A stretch of DNA of 64,000 nucleotides, taken from Escherichia coli. Lineage in GTDB: Bacteria > Pseudomonadota > Gammaproteobacteria > Enterobacterales > Enterobacteriaceae. Below the pieces are notes generated by a model. The model was not told the origin of the DNA, did no database searches, and saw nothing but the letters and a program-made list of their open reading frames with translations. The position numbers and the translations under genes are program-made. Shown piece by piece: positions 1 to 12,218 of the stretch. The DNA lies in NCBI RefSeq assembly GCF_013315695.1, contig NZ_CP054353.1. One strand, given 5' to 3'. The first letter of the stretch is position 1; every line of letters starts with the position of its first letter.

Positions 1-364
1 TGATAGGAGTGTTGGTGCGAAAGCGCAGCTGCCAGAAAGTGAGGTCGCGAAACTGCCAGCGCATATGTAACAAGCTCTGCCAGACATCCAGCGCCAGAGT
101 AACGCGTTTAACCGAAAATTCGCCGCCATCTTTTAGTTCTGCACGGATGTCGTGCGCTTCAAGCGTCGGACCAAAATTCTGCCAGCTGGCTGAGAGCTGA
201 CTGGCTTCTACCGGCATGCCAGTCGCGGATTCTATTTTGTTGAGGATTTCCGGACGCCAGGCGTCAAGATGCGGTAAAGCAATACGCAGGCCGCTAACCA
301 GCAGGGCAGCGATCACAACGAGCGCAGCTCCAGTAAGCAGTAAAATCCCCGGCAATCGCCTCAC
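1..364 (-). CDS. yhdP: YhdP (AsmA-family envelope protein), N-terminal part only; gene runs off the window edge
   Basis: Reverse-complement of 1..364 translates from a GTG at 364..362 as (M)RRLPGILLLTGAALVVIAALLVSG..., matching the remembered YhdP N-terminus; lies immediately downstream of rng on the same strand. Not in the ORF track because the stop is outside the window. Confidence 0.8.
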   Translation of the reverse strand, partial: MRRLPGILLLTGAALVVIAALLVSGLRIALPHLDAWRPEILNKIESATGMPVEASQLSASWQNFGPTLEAHDIRAELKDGGEFSVKRVTLALDVWQSLLHMRWQFRDLTFWQLRFRTNTPI

Positions 365-431
365 CCGTCACTCCTTGTCTGCTAAAAATGTGACTCAAAA
401 ACCCTTTGCCGGATGGCGGCCCAGCATCTGT

Positions 432-1901
432 TTACATCATTACGACGTCAAACTGCTCCTGGTTATAGAGCGGTTCAATTTGTACTTTAACCTGTTTGCC
501 AACGAAAATTTCCACTTCCGCCAGCGAGTGTGACTCTTCGCCTTTCAAGGCTTCGGCTACTGCCGGAGAAGCATAGACCAGGAAACGGTCGGAGTCGTAA
601 GCATGGTGGACACGAACAATCTCGCGCATGATTTCATAGCATACCGTTTCCACGGTTTTCACCGTTCCGCGACCGTGGCAGGTTGGGCATTCGTTACACA
701 GTACGTGCTCAATGCTTTCGCGGGTGCGTTTACGCGTCATCTCCACCAGCCCCAGCGCCGAAAAACCATTAACGCTGGTTTTCACCCGATCTTTGCTCAA
801 CGCCTGCTCCAGCGAGTGCAGCACGCGGCGGCGGTGATCTTCATTATTCATATCGATGAAATCAATAATGATAATCCCGCCCAGATTACGCAACCGTAAC
901 TGGCGAGCGATAGCCTGCGTCGCTTCAATATTGGTATTGAAAATGGTGTCGTCCAGATTGCGATGACCGACAAACGCCCCGGTATTGATGTCCACGGTGG
1001 TCATCGCCTCGGTCTGGTCGATAATCAGATAGCCACCGGATTTCAGTTCTACTTTGCGTTCCAGCGCCCGCTGGATTTCGTTTTCGACATCAAAGAGATC
1101 GAAAATCGGCTGGCGTCCGGTGTAATGCTCCAGCTTGCTGGTCATCTCGGGAATGTACTCCGAGGTAAACTCCAGCAATGCTTCGTAAGTCAGGCGTGAG
1201 TCAACGCGAATGCGGTCGAGTTCGGCGTCGGCGAAATCACGCAGAACACGCTGCGCCAGCGCCAGTTCGCCGTACAGCTGATAACGGGTCTGTGGGCGCT
1301 TTTTACGCTCCATAACTTTGGTCCAGACGCGTTTCAGATAAGCGGCATCGGAGGCCAGTTCAGCCTCGCCAACCCCTTCCGCTGCGGTACGGATGATAAA
1401 CCCGCCCTGCTCGTCGCAATACTCTGCGACCACTTTTTTCAGGCGTTCACGTTCTGATTCGCTTTCAATTCGTTGGGAAACCCCAACGTGAGAAGCCCCT
1501 GGCATAAATACCAGATAGCGAGAAGGCAGCGTGATATCGGTGGTCAGGCGCGCACCCTTAGTGCCAAGCGGATCTTTCACCACCTGCACCATCAGATCTT
1601 GCCCCTGACGGACCAGCTCCGAGATGTCGCGCACCGTGAATTGCTTTTGTTCTTCACCCGCCACACATTCGGTGTGCGGCATGATGTCAGATGCATGAAG
1701 AAACGCGGCTTTATCCAGCCCAATATCTACAAAAGCCGCCTGCATACCCGGAAGTACACGACTTACACGACCCTTGTAGATATTGCCTACTATTCCGCGT
1801 CGCGCCTCACGTTCAATATGAATTTCCTGCAGAATACCGCCATCAATATACGCCACTCGCGTTTCCGAAGGCGTTACGTTTACTAACAATTCAGCCGTCA
1901 T
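432..1901 (-). CDS. rng: Ribonuclease G
   Basis: ORF-track protein 432..1919 contains [22 protein letters not shown]..., the remembered RNase G N-terminus; start placed at that Met (489 aa) rather than the upstream in-frame Met. Confidence 0.93.
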
Positions 1902-2484
1902 GTTTATCCCTTTTCTCACGCAGTGCGTTAAAATTACTTAATAATTCATACGTTTCAACCAGCGGTAAGCCGACTACGGCGTGATAGCTGCCATTTATCT
2001 TCCTGACAAAACAGCCACCCAGCCCCTGAATACCGTATGCACCTGCTTTATCTAACGGTTCACCGCTGGCGACATAGCCCGCGATGTCTTCGTCTGTTAA
2101 CGTTCTGAAAGTCACATCGGTGACCACCAGGCAATCGAGAATGTGCTGGCTGTCGGCCAACGCCACTGCCGTCATTACCTGATGGGTCTGACCCGATAAT
2201 TTGCGCAACATCTGCGCCGCATGCTCTGCGTCGCGCGGTTTCTCCAGTACTTCTCCGTTCAGGATAACGATAGTATCCGCACCCAGCACCGGGAGATCCT
2301 GCGCCGTTTGCGCGACACCCGCCTGTGCTTTCTCGCGCGCCAGACGCACAACATACTGCTGCGCGCTCTCCTGCGGCTGACGCTGCTCCTCAATGCCCGT
2401 AACAATACGTTCAAAGGTTACGCCAAGTTGCGCAAGTAACTCCTGACGACGCGGAGAACCGGAAGCTAAATACAGAGAAGTCAT
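1891..2484 (-). CDS. yhdE: Maf-like nucleotide pyrophosphatase
   Basis: 197-aa translation [21 protein letters not shown]... (Maf family); position between mreD and rng as in E. coli. Confidence 0.93.
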   Translation of the reverse strand: MTSLYLASGSPRRQELLAQLGVTFERIVTGIEEQRQPQESAQQYVVRLAREKAQAGVAQTAQDLPVLGADTIVILNGEVLEKPRDAEHAAQMLRKLSGQTHQVMTAVALADSQHILDCLVVTDVTFRTLTDEDIAGYVASGEPLDKAGAYGIQGLGGCFVRKINGSYHAVVGLPLVETYELLSNFNALREKRDKHDG

Positions 2485-2492
2485 AGAAACCT

Positions 2493-4084
<1,592 letters not shown>

Positions 4085-4149
4085 AAGTTATGCGTATTCT
4101 CGTATCAGACCAGGCAGGGTAAACAGACGCTTCCCCTGCCTGCATCCGA

Positions 4150-5319
<1,170 letters not shown>

Positions 5320-5497
5320 TTACAAATCTCTGCCTGAGTCCAGAAAGGCTTAATGCATCAGCAGCATTCCTCGCCTGTTTGCAACCGCGTAAGGTCATTC
5401 ATCTGCATATGTGCTGCAACAATCTGGCGAGCAGACAAGCACACTCCCATGAGACGCAGCGCGCGTTATTCTACGTGAAAACGGATTAAACGGCAGG

Positions 5498-7438
5498 TTA
5501 AACCGAGTATCTTTGTGAATATTTTTTCACGTTAGTATCAAGTGGCTGTGAGGACGCGAAAAAATCCCCTTGCCCACCTGTAACACCGCGCTGAATCAGG
5601 GTCTGCCACTCGCTTCGCGAACGCACGCCGGTGGCGTAAACCTGGGTGCTGGTCCCGGAGCAGGCTTCCACCAGGCTTTGAACCAGCAGCTGGTTCTCCG
5701 TTCGCTTCTCAATGTTTCTGACCAGCCCCGGATGGAGCTTGAGTAACTCAACATTAAGTTCTTTGATCCAACTGGTGCTTACCAGCGTCAAACCAGCCTG
5801 GTTGACGGCTACCCGTACCCCTAAAGCATTCACTAAACGAATAACAGGTTGTAAGCGACTGATATGTTGACCTACATCGGCCTCTGCAAGTTCAATAATT
5901 ATGCGTTTTCGTTGCGATCTTTCACATTGCATTAACGTATCGCGCAGCCAACGCTGAAAACGCGGGCGAATCAGCGACTCAACGGTAACCTGAATCGCCA
6001 GATTTTCCTCCGGCCAGTAACGCAATAGTGGAATCAGACGGCTGATTTGCAGGCGGTCATACTCTTCCGATAAGCCAAACTGCAAGACCATCGGCATATA
6101 CTCCGCCGAGCTAACCTCTTCATTACCATCGAAGATGCGGCACATGAGTTCGCGATGATGAACCTGACCTTCGCGAGTAACCGCCGGTTTTTGATAAAGG
6201 CGCGGGCCGCCGCGACTCAGCATTTGCTCGATAAGCGTACGCCAGCGAACATTACCGCGTCCTTTTTCAGGCAACGAGTCATCGTAAATAGCCCAGCTAT
6301 TGCCGCCCTGCAATCCCGCATTACGCGTGGCAGACTCTGCATGTTCCATTACCTGCTCGGTATCCTGACCACTACGCCAGGCACAGATACCAATGTGGAT
6401 CATATCGTCGCGATCGAGCATTTTATTGTTCGGCAAGGTATCGACGGCTTTGATTAACTGACTGGCGATGCTCTCTGCCTCTTTTAACGTCCGGTGCGGT
6501 AACAGCGCAGCAAAATCACTGCGGTGGTAACGCGCCAGCAGTGCGCCAGGGTAGCGCATCATAAATGTCGATAGCAGATTCGTCAGAGAGAAGAACTGTT
6601 CTTCAACCTGGCTGTGCCCCCAGGTATCACTCAACATATTGAAATCCGGCAGACGAATCATCATCACGATCCCGTGGGTACCTACTTTCTCCTGATCTTC
6701 CAGTAACGTTGCTAACTGATTATCGAAGAAGAGTCGGTTATTGAGGCCGGTTTTCATGTCCTGGGCGGCATAAGAGCGGATCAGCGTATCAAGACGGCTG
6801 TGTTGTTCGCGTGCGTTCTGAATTTCACAAAGCAGCGTATCCAGCGCACTGCTGGTTCTGGGCGGCCATTCATAGATGGTTCCCAACACATTAGAGCCAC
6901 GCTCACCGTTTAAGATACGAGTAGCCCGGGTTTCCAGCAATTCTTGCCCGGCAAGTTGCCGTTGTAACCAGCGTACCGCCAGGAAGAGCATAAGAATGAT
7001 AAAGCCAATCGCCCCCGTGAGCGGCGCGGTAGTCATTAAAGAATGGAAATAGTTGCCCATCGGATCCTGATAAACCAGACGCAGCGACATCCCCGGATGC
7101 TTTATCAACGGAACGCTCAGTTCGCGAAACAGATCGCTGGTGCCAACCGGACGATAACTACCATTTCTGGCCAGGGTATATACCTGTTTATCACTATGCA
7201 GCAGGTCTACACGAACGATATCTGCTGACATCATTAATTCGGTAATTTGTGGCCTTAATGCGCTGAAGTCATTCGACACAAGATGGGTATCAATCGCCGT
7301 CGCCACCGCCTGAACGCGATGACTAAACTTATACTGAATGGCGTTGTAGAAACTTAGCGAACAGCCCAGCAAAGTCACAAAAATTGTTAACCCGGTGAGC
7401 AGCGTAACAAAGGCCGAAAATTTCGTCGTTAATCTCAT
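5498..7438 (-). CDS. csrD: CsrD, degenerate GGDEF-EAL protein that targets CsrB/CsrC sRNAs for decay
   Basis: 646-aa translation with N-terminal transmembrane segments and GGDEF/EAL-like domains; matches remembered CsrD (YhdA). Confidence 0.92.
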   Translation of the reverse strand: MRLTTKFSAFVTLLTGLTIFVTLLGCSLSFYNAIQYKFSHRVQAVATAIDTHLVSNDFSALRPQITELMMSADIVRVDLLHSDKQVYTLARNGSYRPVGTSDLFRELSVPLIKHPGMSLRLVYQDPMGNYFHSLMTTAPLTGAIGFIILMLFLAVRWLQRQLAGQELLETRATRILNGERGSNVLGTIYEWPPRTSSALDTLLCEIQNAREQHSRLDTLIRSYAAQDMKTGLNNRLFFDNQLATLLEDQEKVGTHGIVMMIRLPDFNMLSDTWGHSQVEEQFFSLTNLLSTFMMRYPGALLARYHRSDFAALLPHRTLKEAESIASQLIKAVDTLPNNKMLDRDDMIHIGICAWRSGQDTEQVMEHAESATRNAGLQGGNSWAIYDDSLPEKGRGNVRWRTLIEQMLSRGGPRLYQKPAVTREGQVHHRELMCRIFDGNEEVSSAEYMPMVLQFGLSEEYDRLQISRLIPLLRYWPEENLAIQVTVESLIRPRFQRWLRDTLMQCERSQRKRIIIELAEADVGQHISRLQPVIRLVNALGVRVAVNQAGLTLVSTSWIKELNVELLKLHPGLVRNIEKRTENQLLVQSLVEACSGTSTQVYATGVRSRSEWQTLIQRGVTGGQGDFFASSQPLDTNVKKYSQRYSV

Positions 7439-7589
7439 CCTTGTGTTAACTCCGATAGTGAGGAAGCGGGCATACTAGCAAATCAGATTTATCTCGCAAT
7501 TTATTGCGCTTCATCGGCTTTGCTTTTCCATTAGCGAGTATAGTCTTCAGAAATTATTTTCCAATCCATCATGCACATGAGGACCACTT

Positions 7590-8564
7590 ATGCAGGCGTT
7601 ACTTTTAGAACAGCAGGACGGCAAAACTCTCGCATCAGTACAGACTCTGGACGAAAGTCGCCTGCCGGAAGGCGATGTCACGGTTGATGTTCACTGGTCG
7701 AGCCTGAACTACAAAGATGCGCTGGCAATTACCGGTAAGGGAAAAATCATCCGTAATTTTCCGATGATTCCTGGGATCGATTTTGCCGGAACTGTACGCA
7801 CCAGCGAAGATCCGCGTTTTCATGCCGGTCAGGAGGTGTTACTCACTGGCTGGGGCGTTGGTGAAAACCACTGGGGTGGGCTGGCGGAGCAGGCGCGAGT
7901 GAAAGGTGACTGGCTGGTTGCCATGCCGCAAGGGCTGGACGCGCGTAAAGCAATGATTATCGGTACTGCCGGTTTTACCGCCATGCTGTGTGTGATGGCG
8001 CTGGAAGATGCCGGTGTTCGCCCGCAGGACGGCGAGATTGTCGTAACGGGTGCCAGTGGTGGCGTCGGCAGTACCGCCGTGGCGCTGCTGCATAAGTTGG
8101 GTTATCAGGTCGTTGCCGTTTCCGGTCGCGAAAGTACCCATGAATATCTGAAAAGTTTAGGAGCCAGCCGTATTCTCCCTCGCGATGAGTTTGCCGAATC
8201 CCGTCCTCTGGAAAAACAAGTCTGGGCTGGGGCAATTGACACCGTTGGCGACAAAGTGCTGGCAAAAGTGCTGGCGCAAATGAATTACGGCGGCTGCGTG
8301 GCGGCCTGTGGTCTGGCGGGTGGTTTTACTCTGCCAACCACGGTCATGCCATTTATTCTGCGTAATGTCCGTTTGCAAGGGGTGGATTCAGTAATGACGC
8401 CACCAGCACGCCGCGCACAAGCCTGGCAGCGACTGGTCGCCGATTTACCGGAATCATTCTATACCCAGGCGGCAAAAGAGATATCTCTGGCAGATGCACC
8501 GAAGTTTGCCGAGGCCATCATTAATAACCAGATCCAGGGTCGCACGCTGGTGAAGGTTAACTAA
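7590..8564 (+). CDS. acuI: Acryloyl-CoA reductase / quinone oxidoreductase-like (MDR superfamily)
   Basis: 324-aa translation MQALLLEQQDGKTLASVQTLDESRLPEGDVTVD... with Gly-rich nucleotide-binding motif (VTGASGGVGS); matches remembered YhdH/AcuI. Confidence 0.92.
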   Translation: MQALLLEQQDGKTLASVQTLDESRLPEGDVTVDVHWSSLNYKDALAITGKGKIIRNFPMIPGIDFAGTVRTSEDPRFHAGQEVLLTGWGVGENHWGGLAEQARVKGDWLVAMPQGLDARKAMIIGTAGFTAMLCVMALEDAGVRPQDGEIVVTGASGGVGSTAVALLHKLGYQVVAVSGRESTHEYLKSLGASRILPRDEFAESRPLEKQVWAGAIDTVGDKVLAKVLAQMNYGGCVAACGLAGGFTLPTTVMPFILRNVRLQGVDSVMTPPARRAQAWQRLVADLPESFYTQAAKEISLADAPKFAEAIINNQIQGRTLVKVN

Positions 8565-8600
8565 CCATTTAGCAAGGATTAATAAGAGAGGGAACTCATT

Positions 8601-9431
8601 TTGAAATCATTATTCAATCGGTTAACGGGAAAAGCGGTTAGCCGGACAGCTTTCGTCGAACATCTTGGTCATGAAGTTGTACAACATCATCCAAACTGGA
8701 AAGTCATGATTTCGACTGACCATAAATTGATGCGCATTGATACGGGTCACCAAACGGTGGAAATCACTCTTGATGATGCCTACAAACGTTATCAAGCCGC
8801 ACCAGACCCGCTGGAAGAAGTGGCTGCAGATATGCTGAAACAGCTTGCAGAAATGCTGCCGACCGGGCGCTGTATTGTTCCGGTGATTAAAGAAAAAGCC
8901 TGGCTGGATACCGTTCGCCAACAGCTTAGCCAGTATGAATCTGATCCAGAGATCCTCAACGCCTCGCTGGATTTTGCCTGGGAAGACTTTAACGATGAGT
9001 TAATTATCTTGTTTGCTGAAGATGGTAGCGAAACCATGCGCTATCTGATGCGCTACGAAGTGACCATTGACCGCGAACAAGCCATCAATAATTTGAAGCA
9101 AATATTGCCGGAAGTTTCGGCTGAAATCGTTGATACAGGCGCAAACGCTGGAAAAGTTGCCGTTATCTCCGCAGGGGGTACTTATGAGCCCAGTCTGATG
9201 CTCATTGACGATCTTTGGGTGCAATCACCCGATCCTGAATGCGGCGACCTGTTAGTGACTGTTCCCTCCAGAGGAAAACTGTTTTTCACCTACAATGATC
9301 AGCCAGCAAATCTCAGCGCATTACGACAGTTAACAGAACAATGCTTCCGTGAGGATGACCATCCTCTGACAACACAGATATTCATCCGCCGTAACGGTCA
9401 CTTTTATCCCTGGGTAGAAACCTTGCATTAA
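8601..9431 (+). CDS. Hypothetical protein, 276 codons, function unknown
   Basis: Long uninterrupted ORF 36 bp downstream of acuI, TTG start preceded by a purine-rich stretch (agagaggg); first in-frame ATG is at 8706. Composition is protein-like, with some rare codons (AGA, ATA, CGA). A hairpin plus T-tract lies about 65 bp downstream. I do not recognise the product. Confidence 0.45.
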   Translation: MKSLFNRLTGKAVSRTAFVEHLGHEVVQHHPNWKVMISTDHKLMRIDTGHQTVEITLDDAYKRYQAAPDPLEEVAADMLKQLAEMLPTGRCIVPVIKEKAWLDTVRQQLSQYESDPEILNASLDFAWEDFNDELIILFAEDGSETMRYLMRYEVTIDREQAINNLKQILPEVSAEIVDTGANAGKVAVISAGGTYEPSLMLIDDLWVQSPDPECGDLLVTVPSRGKLFFTYNDQPANLSALRQLTEQCFREDDHPLTTQIFIRRNGHFYPWVETLH

Positions 9432-9494
9432 CGCAACCTCCGTCATGCTTGAAAAAGCTTGTCGGAGTATGTGATGAATGCTGCAAACTCACCG

Positions 9495-9527
9495 AAGCCG
9501 ATTTTGCCACCAAATCGGCTTTTTTAT
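9495..9527 (+). terminator. Candidate intrinsic terminator downstream of the 276-codon ORF
   Basis: Inverted repeat gccgattt / aaatcggc around a short loop, followed by ttttttatt. Confidence 0.5.
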
Positions 9528-9989
9528 TGTCACGCGGCAAATTCTGAATGCATCACATAGCCGCACTGCCGCCTGACAAAACAGTTTACCTTCTGCAAAA
9601 TGGGGGGAATAATCTGATTTTATTTGATTACAAATTAACCACTTAAACCTATTTAATGCTGAGCATTGTCAGTCGGTTGATTTTGCGTGCTTTAGCATTC
9701 ACATCTATCCAGACGATGCAGTGAAAATTGGGTAATCCCCAGCAACCGCTGCGTAATGTCGTCTATCTTGTCGCGATCCTGGCATCCCTACATTATTTGT
9801 GGTCTGTGAAGATTATCTCATTGCAGCCCCTCATCTTCGCAGGGCTGGCTTTACAGCTTTTCACCTTACGTTATAAGAAGTTCCGTCGATGATGGCGCTA
9901 ATTTCGTGAATTGTGCGGCTTGTTGCAAATTACACGGTGTTGAAGGTTATTTACATGTTAGCTGTTGATTATCTTCCCTGATAAGACCA

Positions 9990-10035
9990 GTATTTAGCTG
10001 CCAATTGCTACGAAATCGTTATAATGTGCGACCTC
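9990..10035 (+). promoter_or_regulatory. Candidate accBC promoter, -10 hexamer tataat at 10020..10025
   Basis: Perfect tataat about 270 bp upstream of accB; the accBC promoter is known to sit unusually far upstream of accB. The -35 assignment is ambiguous by eye. Confidence 0.4.
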
Positions 10036-10296
10036 GTCCTCCCTGACGCAGTTTTTGCGCTGCGGAAAAGGTGACATTGGCGCAACGAAGGTATATTTTG
10101 TTTTTTGCCGGAGGATAGCAGCAGATCGCTGCACAATGTCCGTCAAGTCTAACATTGACACTCTGGGGCAAAATAGACCGGCGTCCCGGCCTGCTGGAAT
10201 TTATCGCTATGCATACAGCTGTCGGGGCATACGCTTTACAGACGGCGGTGAAACGCCTGTCACAATCACACTAAACAAAGAGTACGGAACCCACTC

Positions 10297-10767
10297 ATGG
10301 ATATTCGTAAGATTAAAAAACTGATCGAGCTGGTTGAAGAATCAGGCATCTCCGAACTGGAAATTTCTGAAGGCGAAGAGTCAGTACGCATTAGCCGTGC
10401 AGCTCCTGCCGCAAGTTTCCCTGTGATGCAACAAGCTTACGCTGCACCAATGATGCAGCAGCCAGCTCAATCTAACGCAGCCGCTCCGGCGACCGTTCCT
10501 TCCATGGAAGCGCCAGCAGCAGCGGAAATCAGTGGTCACATCGTACGTTCCCCGATGGTTGGTACTTTCTACCGCACCCCAAGCCCGGACGCAAAAGCGT
10601 TCATCGAAGTGGGTCAGAAAGTCAACGTGGGCGATACCCTGTGCATCGTTGAAGCCATGAAAATGATGAACCAGATCGAAGCGGACAAATCCGGTACCGT
10701 GAAAGCAATTCTGGTCGAAAGTGGACAACCGGTAGAATTTGACGAGCCGCTGGTCGTCATCGAGTAA
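10297..10767 (+). CDS. accB: Biotin carboxyl carrier protein of acetyl-CoA carboxylase
   Basis: 156-aa translation [28 protein letters not shown]... with Ala/Pro-rich linker and the biotinylation motif [10 protein letters not shown]. Confidence 0.97.
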
Positions 10768-10777
10768 CGAGGCGAAC

Positions 10778-12127
10778 ATGCTGGATAAAATTGTTATTGC
10801 CAACCGCGGCGAGATTGCATTGCGTATTCTTCGTGCCTGTAAAGAACTGGGCATCAAGACTGTCGCTGTGCACTCCAGCGCGGATCGCGATCTAAAACAC
10901 GTATTACTGGCAGATGAAACGGTCTGTATCGGCCCTGCTCCGTCAGTAAAAAGTTATCTGAACATCCCGGCAATCATCAGCGCCGCTGAAATCACCGGCG
11001 CAGTAGCAATCCATCCGGGCTACGGCTTCCTCTCCGAGAACGCCAACTTTGCCGAGCAGGTTGAACGCTCCGGCTTTATCTTCATCGGCCCGAAAGCAGA
11101 AACCATTCGCCTGATGGGCGACAAAGTATCCGCAATCGCGGCGATGAAAAAAGCGGGCGTTCCTTGCGTACCGGGTTCTGACGGCCCGCTGGGCGACGAT
11201 ATGGATAAAAACCGCGCCATTGCTAAACGCATTGGTTATCCGGTAATTATCAAAGCCTCCGGCGGCGGCGGCGGTCGCGGTATGCGCGTAGTGCGCGGCG
11301 ACGCTGAACTGGCACAATCCATCTCCATGACCCGTGCGGAAGCGAAAGCTGCTTTCAGCAACGATATGGTTTACATGGAGAAATACCTGGAAAATCCTCG
11401 CCACGTCGAGATTCAGGTACTGGCTGACGGTCAGGGCAACGCTATCTATCTGGCGGAACGTGACTGCTCCATGCAGCGCCGCCACCAGAAAGTGGTCGAA
11501 GAAGCACCAGCACCGGGCATTACCCCGGAACTGCGTCGCTACATCGGCGAACGTTGCGCTAAAGCATGTGTTGATATCGGCTATCGCGGTGCAGGTACTT
11601 TCGAGTTCCTGTTCGAAAATGGCGAGTTCTATTTCATCGAAATGAACACCCGTATTCAGGTAGAACACCCGGTTACTGAAATGATCACCGGCGTTGACCT
11701 GATCAAAGAACAGCTGCGTATCGCTGCCGGTCAACCGCTGTCGATCAAGCAAGAAGAAGTTCACGTTCGCGGCCATGCGGTAGAGTGCCGTATCAACGCC
11801 GAAGATCCGAACACCTTCCTGCCAAGCCCGGGCAAAATCACCCGTTTCCATGCACCTGGCGGTTTTGGCGTGCGTTGGGAGTCTCATATCTACGCGGGCT
11901 ACACTGTGCCGCCGTACTATGACTCAATGATCGGCAAACTGATTTGCTACGGTGAAAACCGTGACGTGGCGATTGCCCGCATGAAGAATGCGCTGCAGGA
12001 GCTGATCATCGACGGTATCAAAACCAACGTTGATCTGCAGATCCGCATCATGAATGACGAGAACTTCCAGCATGGTGGCACTAACATCCACTATCTGGAG
12101 AAAAAACTCGGTCTTCAGGAAAAATAA
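10778..12127 (+). CDS. accC: Biotin carboxylase subunit of acetyl-CoA carboxylase
   Basis: Translation from [33 protein letters not shown]... (449 aa), ATP-grasp fold; the ORF-track start at 10739 is an upstream extension overlapping accB. Confidence 0.97.
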
Positions 12128-12172
12128 TTTGTGATGCGCGGTGTTTTCATCGCGCTTAGCAAAGAACGTAAT

Positions 12173-12206
12173 CAACGCCGGGCCTGTTAACGCTGCCCGG
12201 CGTTTT
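12173..12206. terminator. Bidirectional intrinsic terminator shared by accC (+) and the convergent island gene (-)
   Basis: GC-rich inverted repeat cgccgggc ... gcccggcg followed by ttttta on the plus strand; sits between two convergent stop codons (12127 and 12219). Confidence 0.6.
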
Positions 12207-12218
12207 TATTGCCGTTAG

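Noticed and set aside
9-533. Plus-strand ORFs 9..200 and 216..533
   Set aside because: They are antisense to the yhdP N-terminal coding region and the rng 3' end; they have no independent support.
432-1919. Upstream in-frame start codons giving longer proteins for rng (1919), mreB (5268), accC (10739), aroE (44387), tsaC (44982), rsmB (48708), yhdX (33797), yhdW (32683), yhdU (26027), panF and yhdJ
   Set aside because: In each case the remembered protein N-terminus begins at an internal start codon; the ORF track simply reports the most upstream start in the open frame. Coordinates in the feature list use the shorter, known-protein starts.
10055-10324. 89-codon plus-strand ORF in the accB leader overlapping the accB start
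   Set aside because: It is out of frame with accB, lacks a convincing ribosome-binding site, and lies in a region known to be the untranslated accBC leader.
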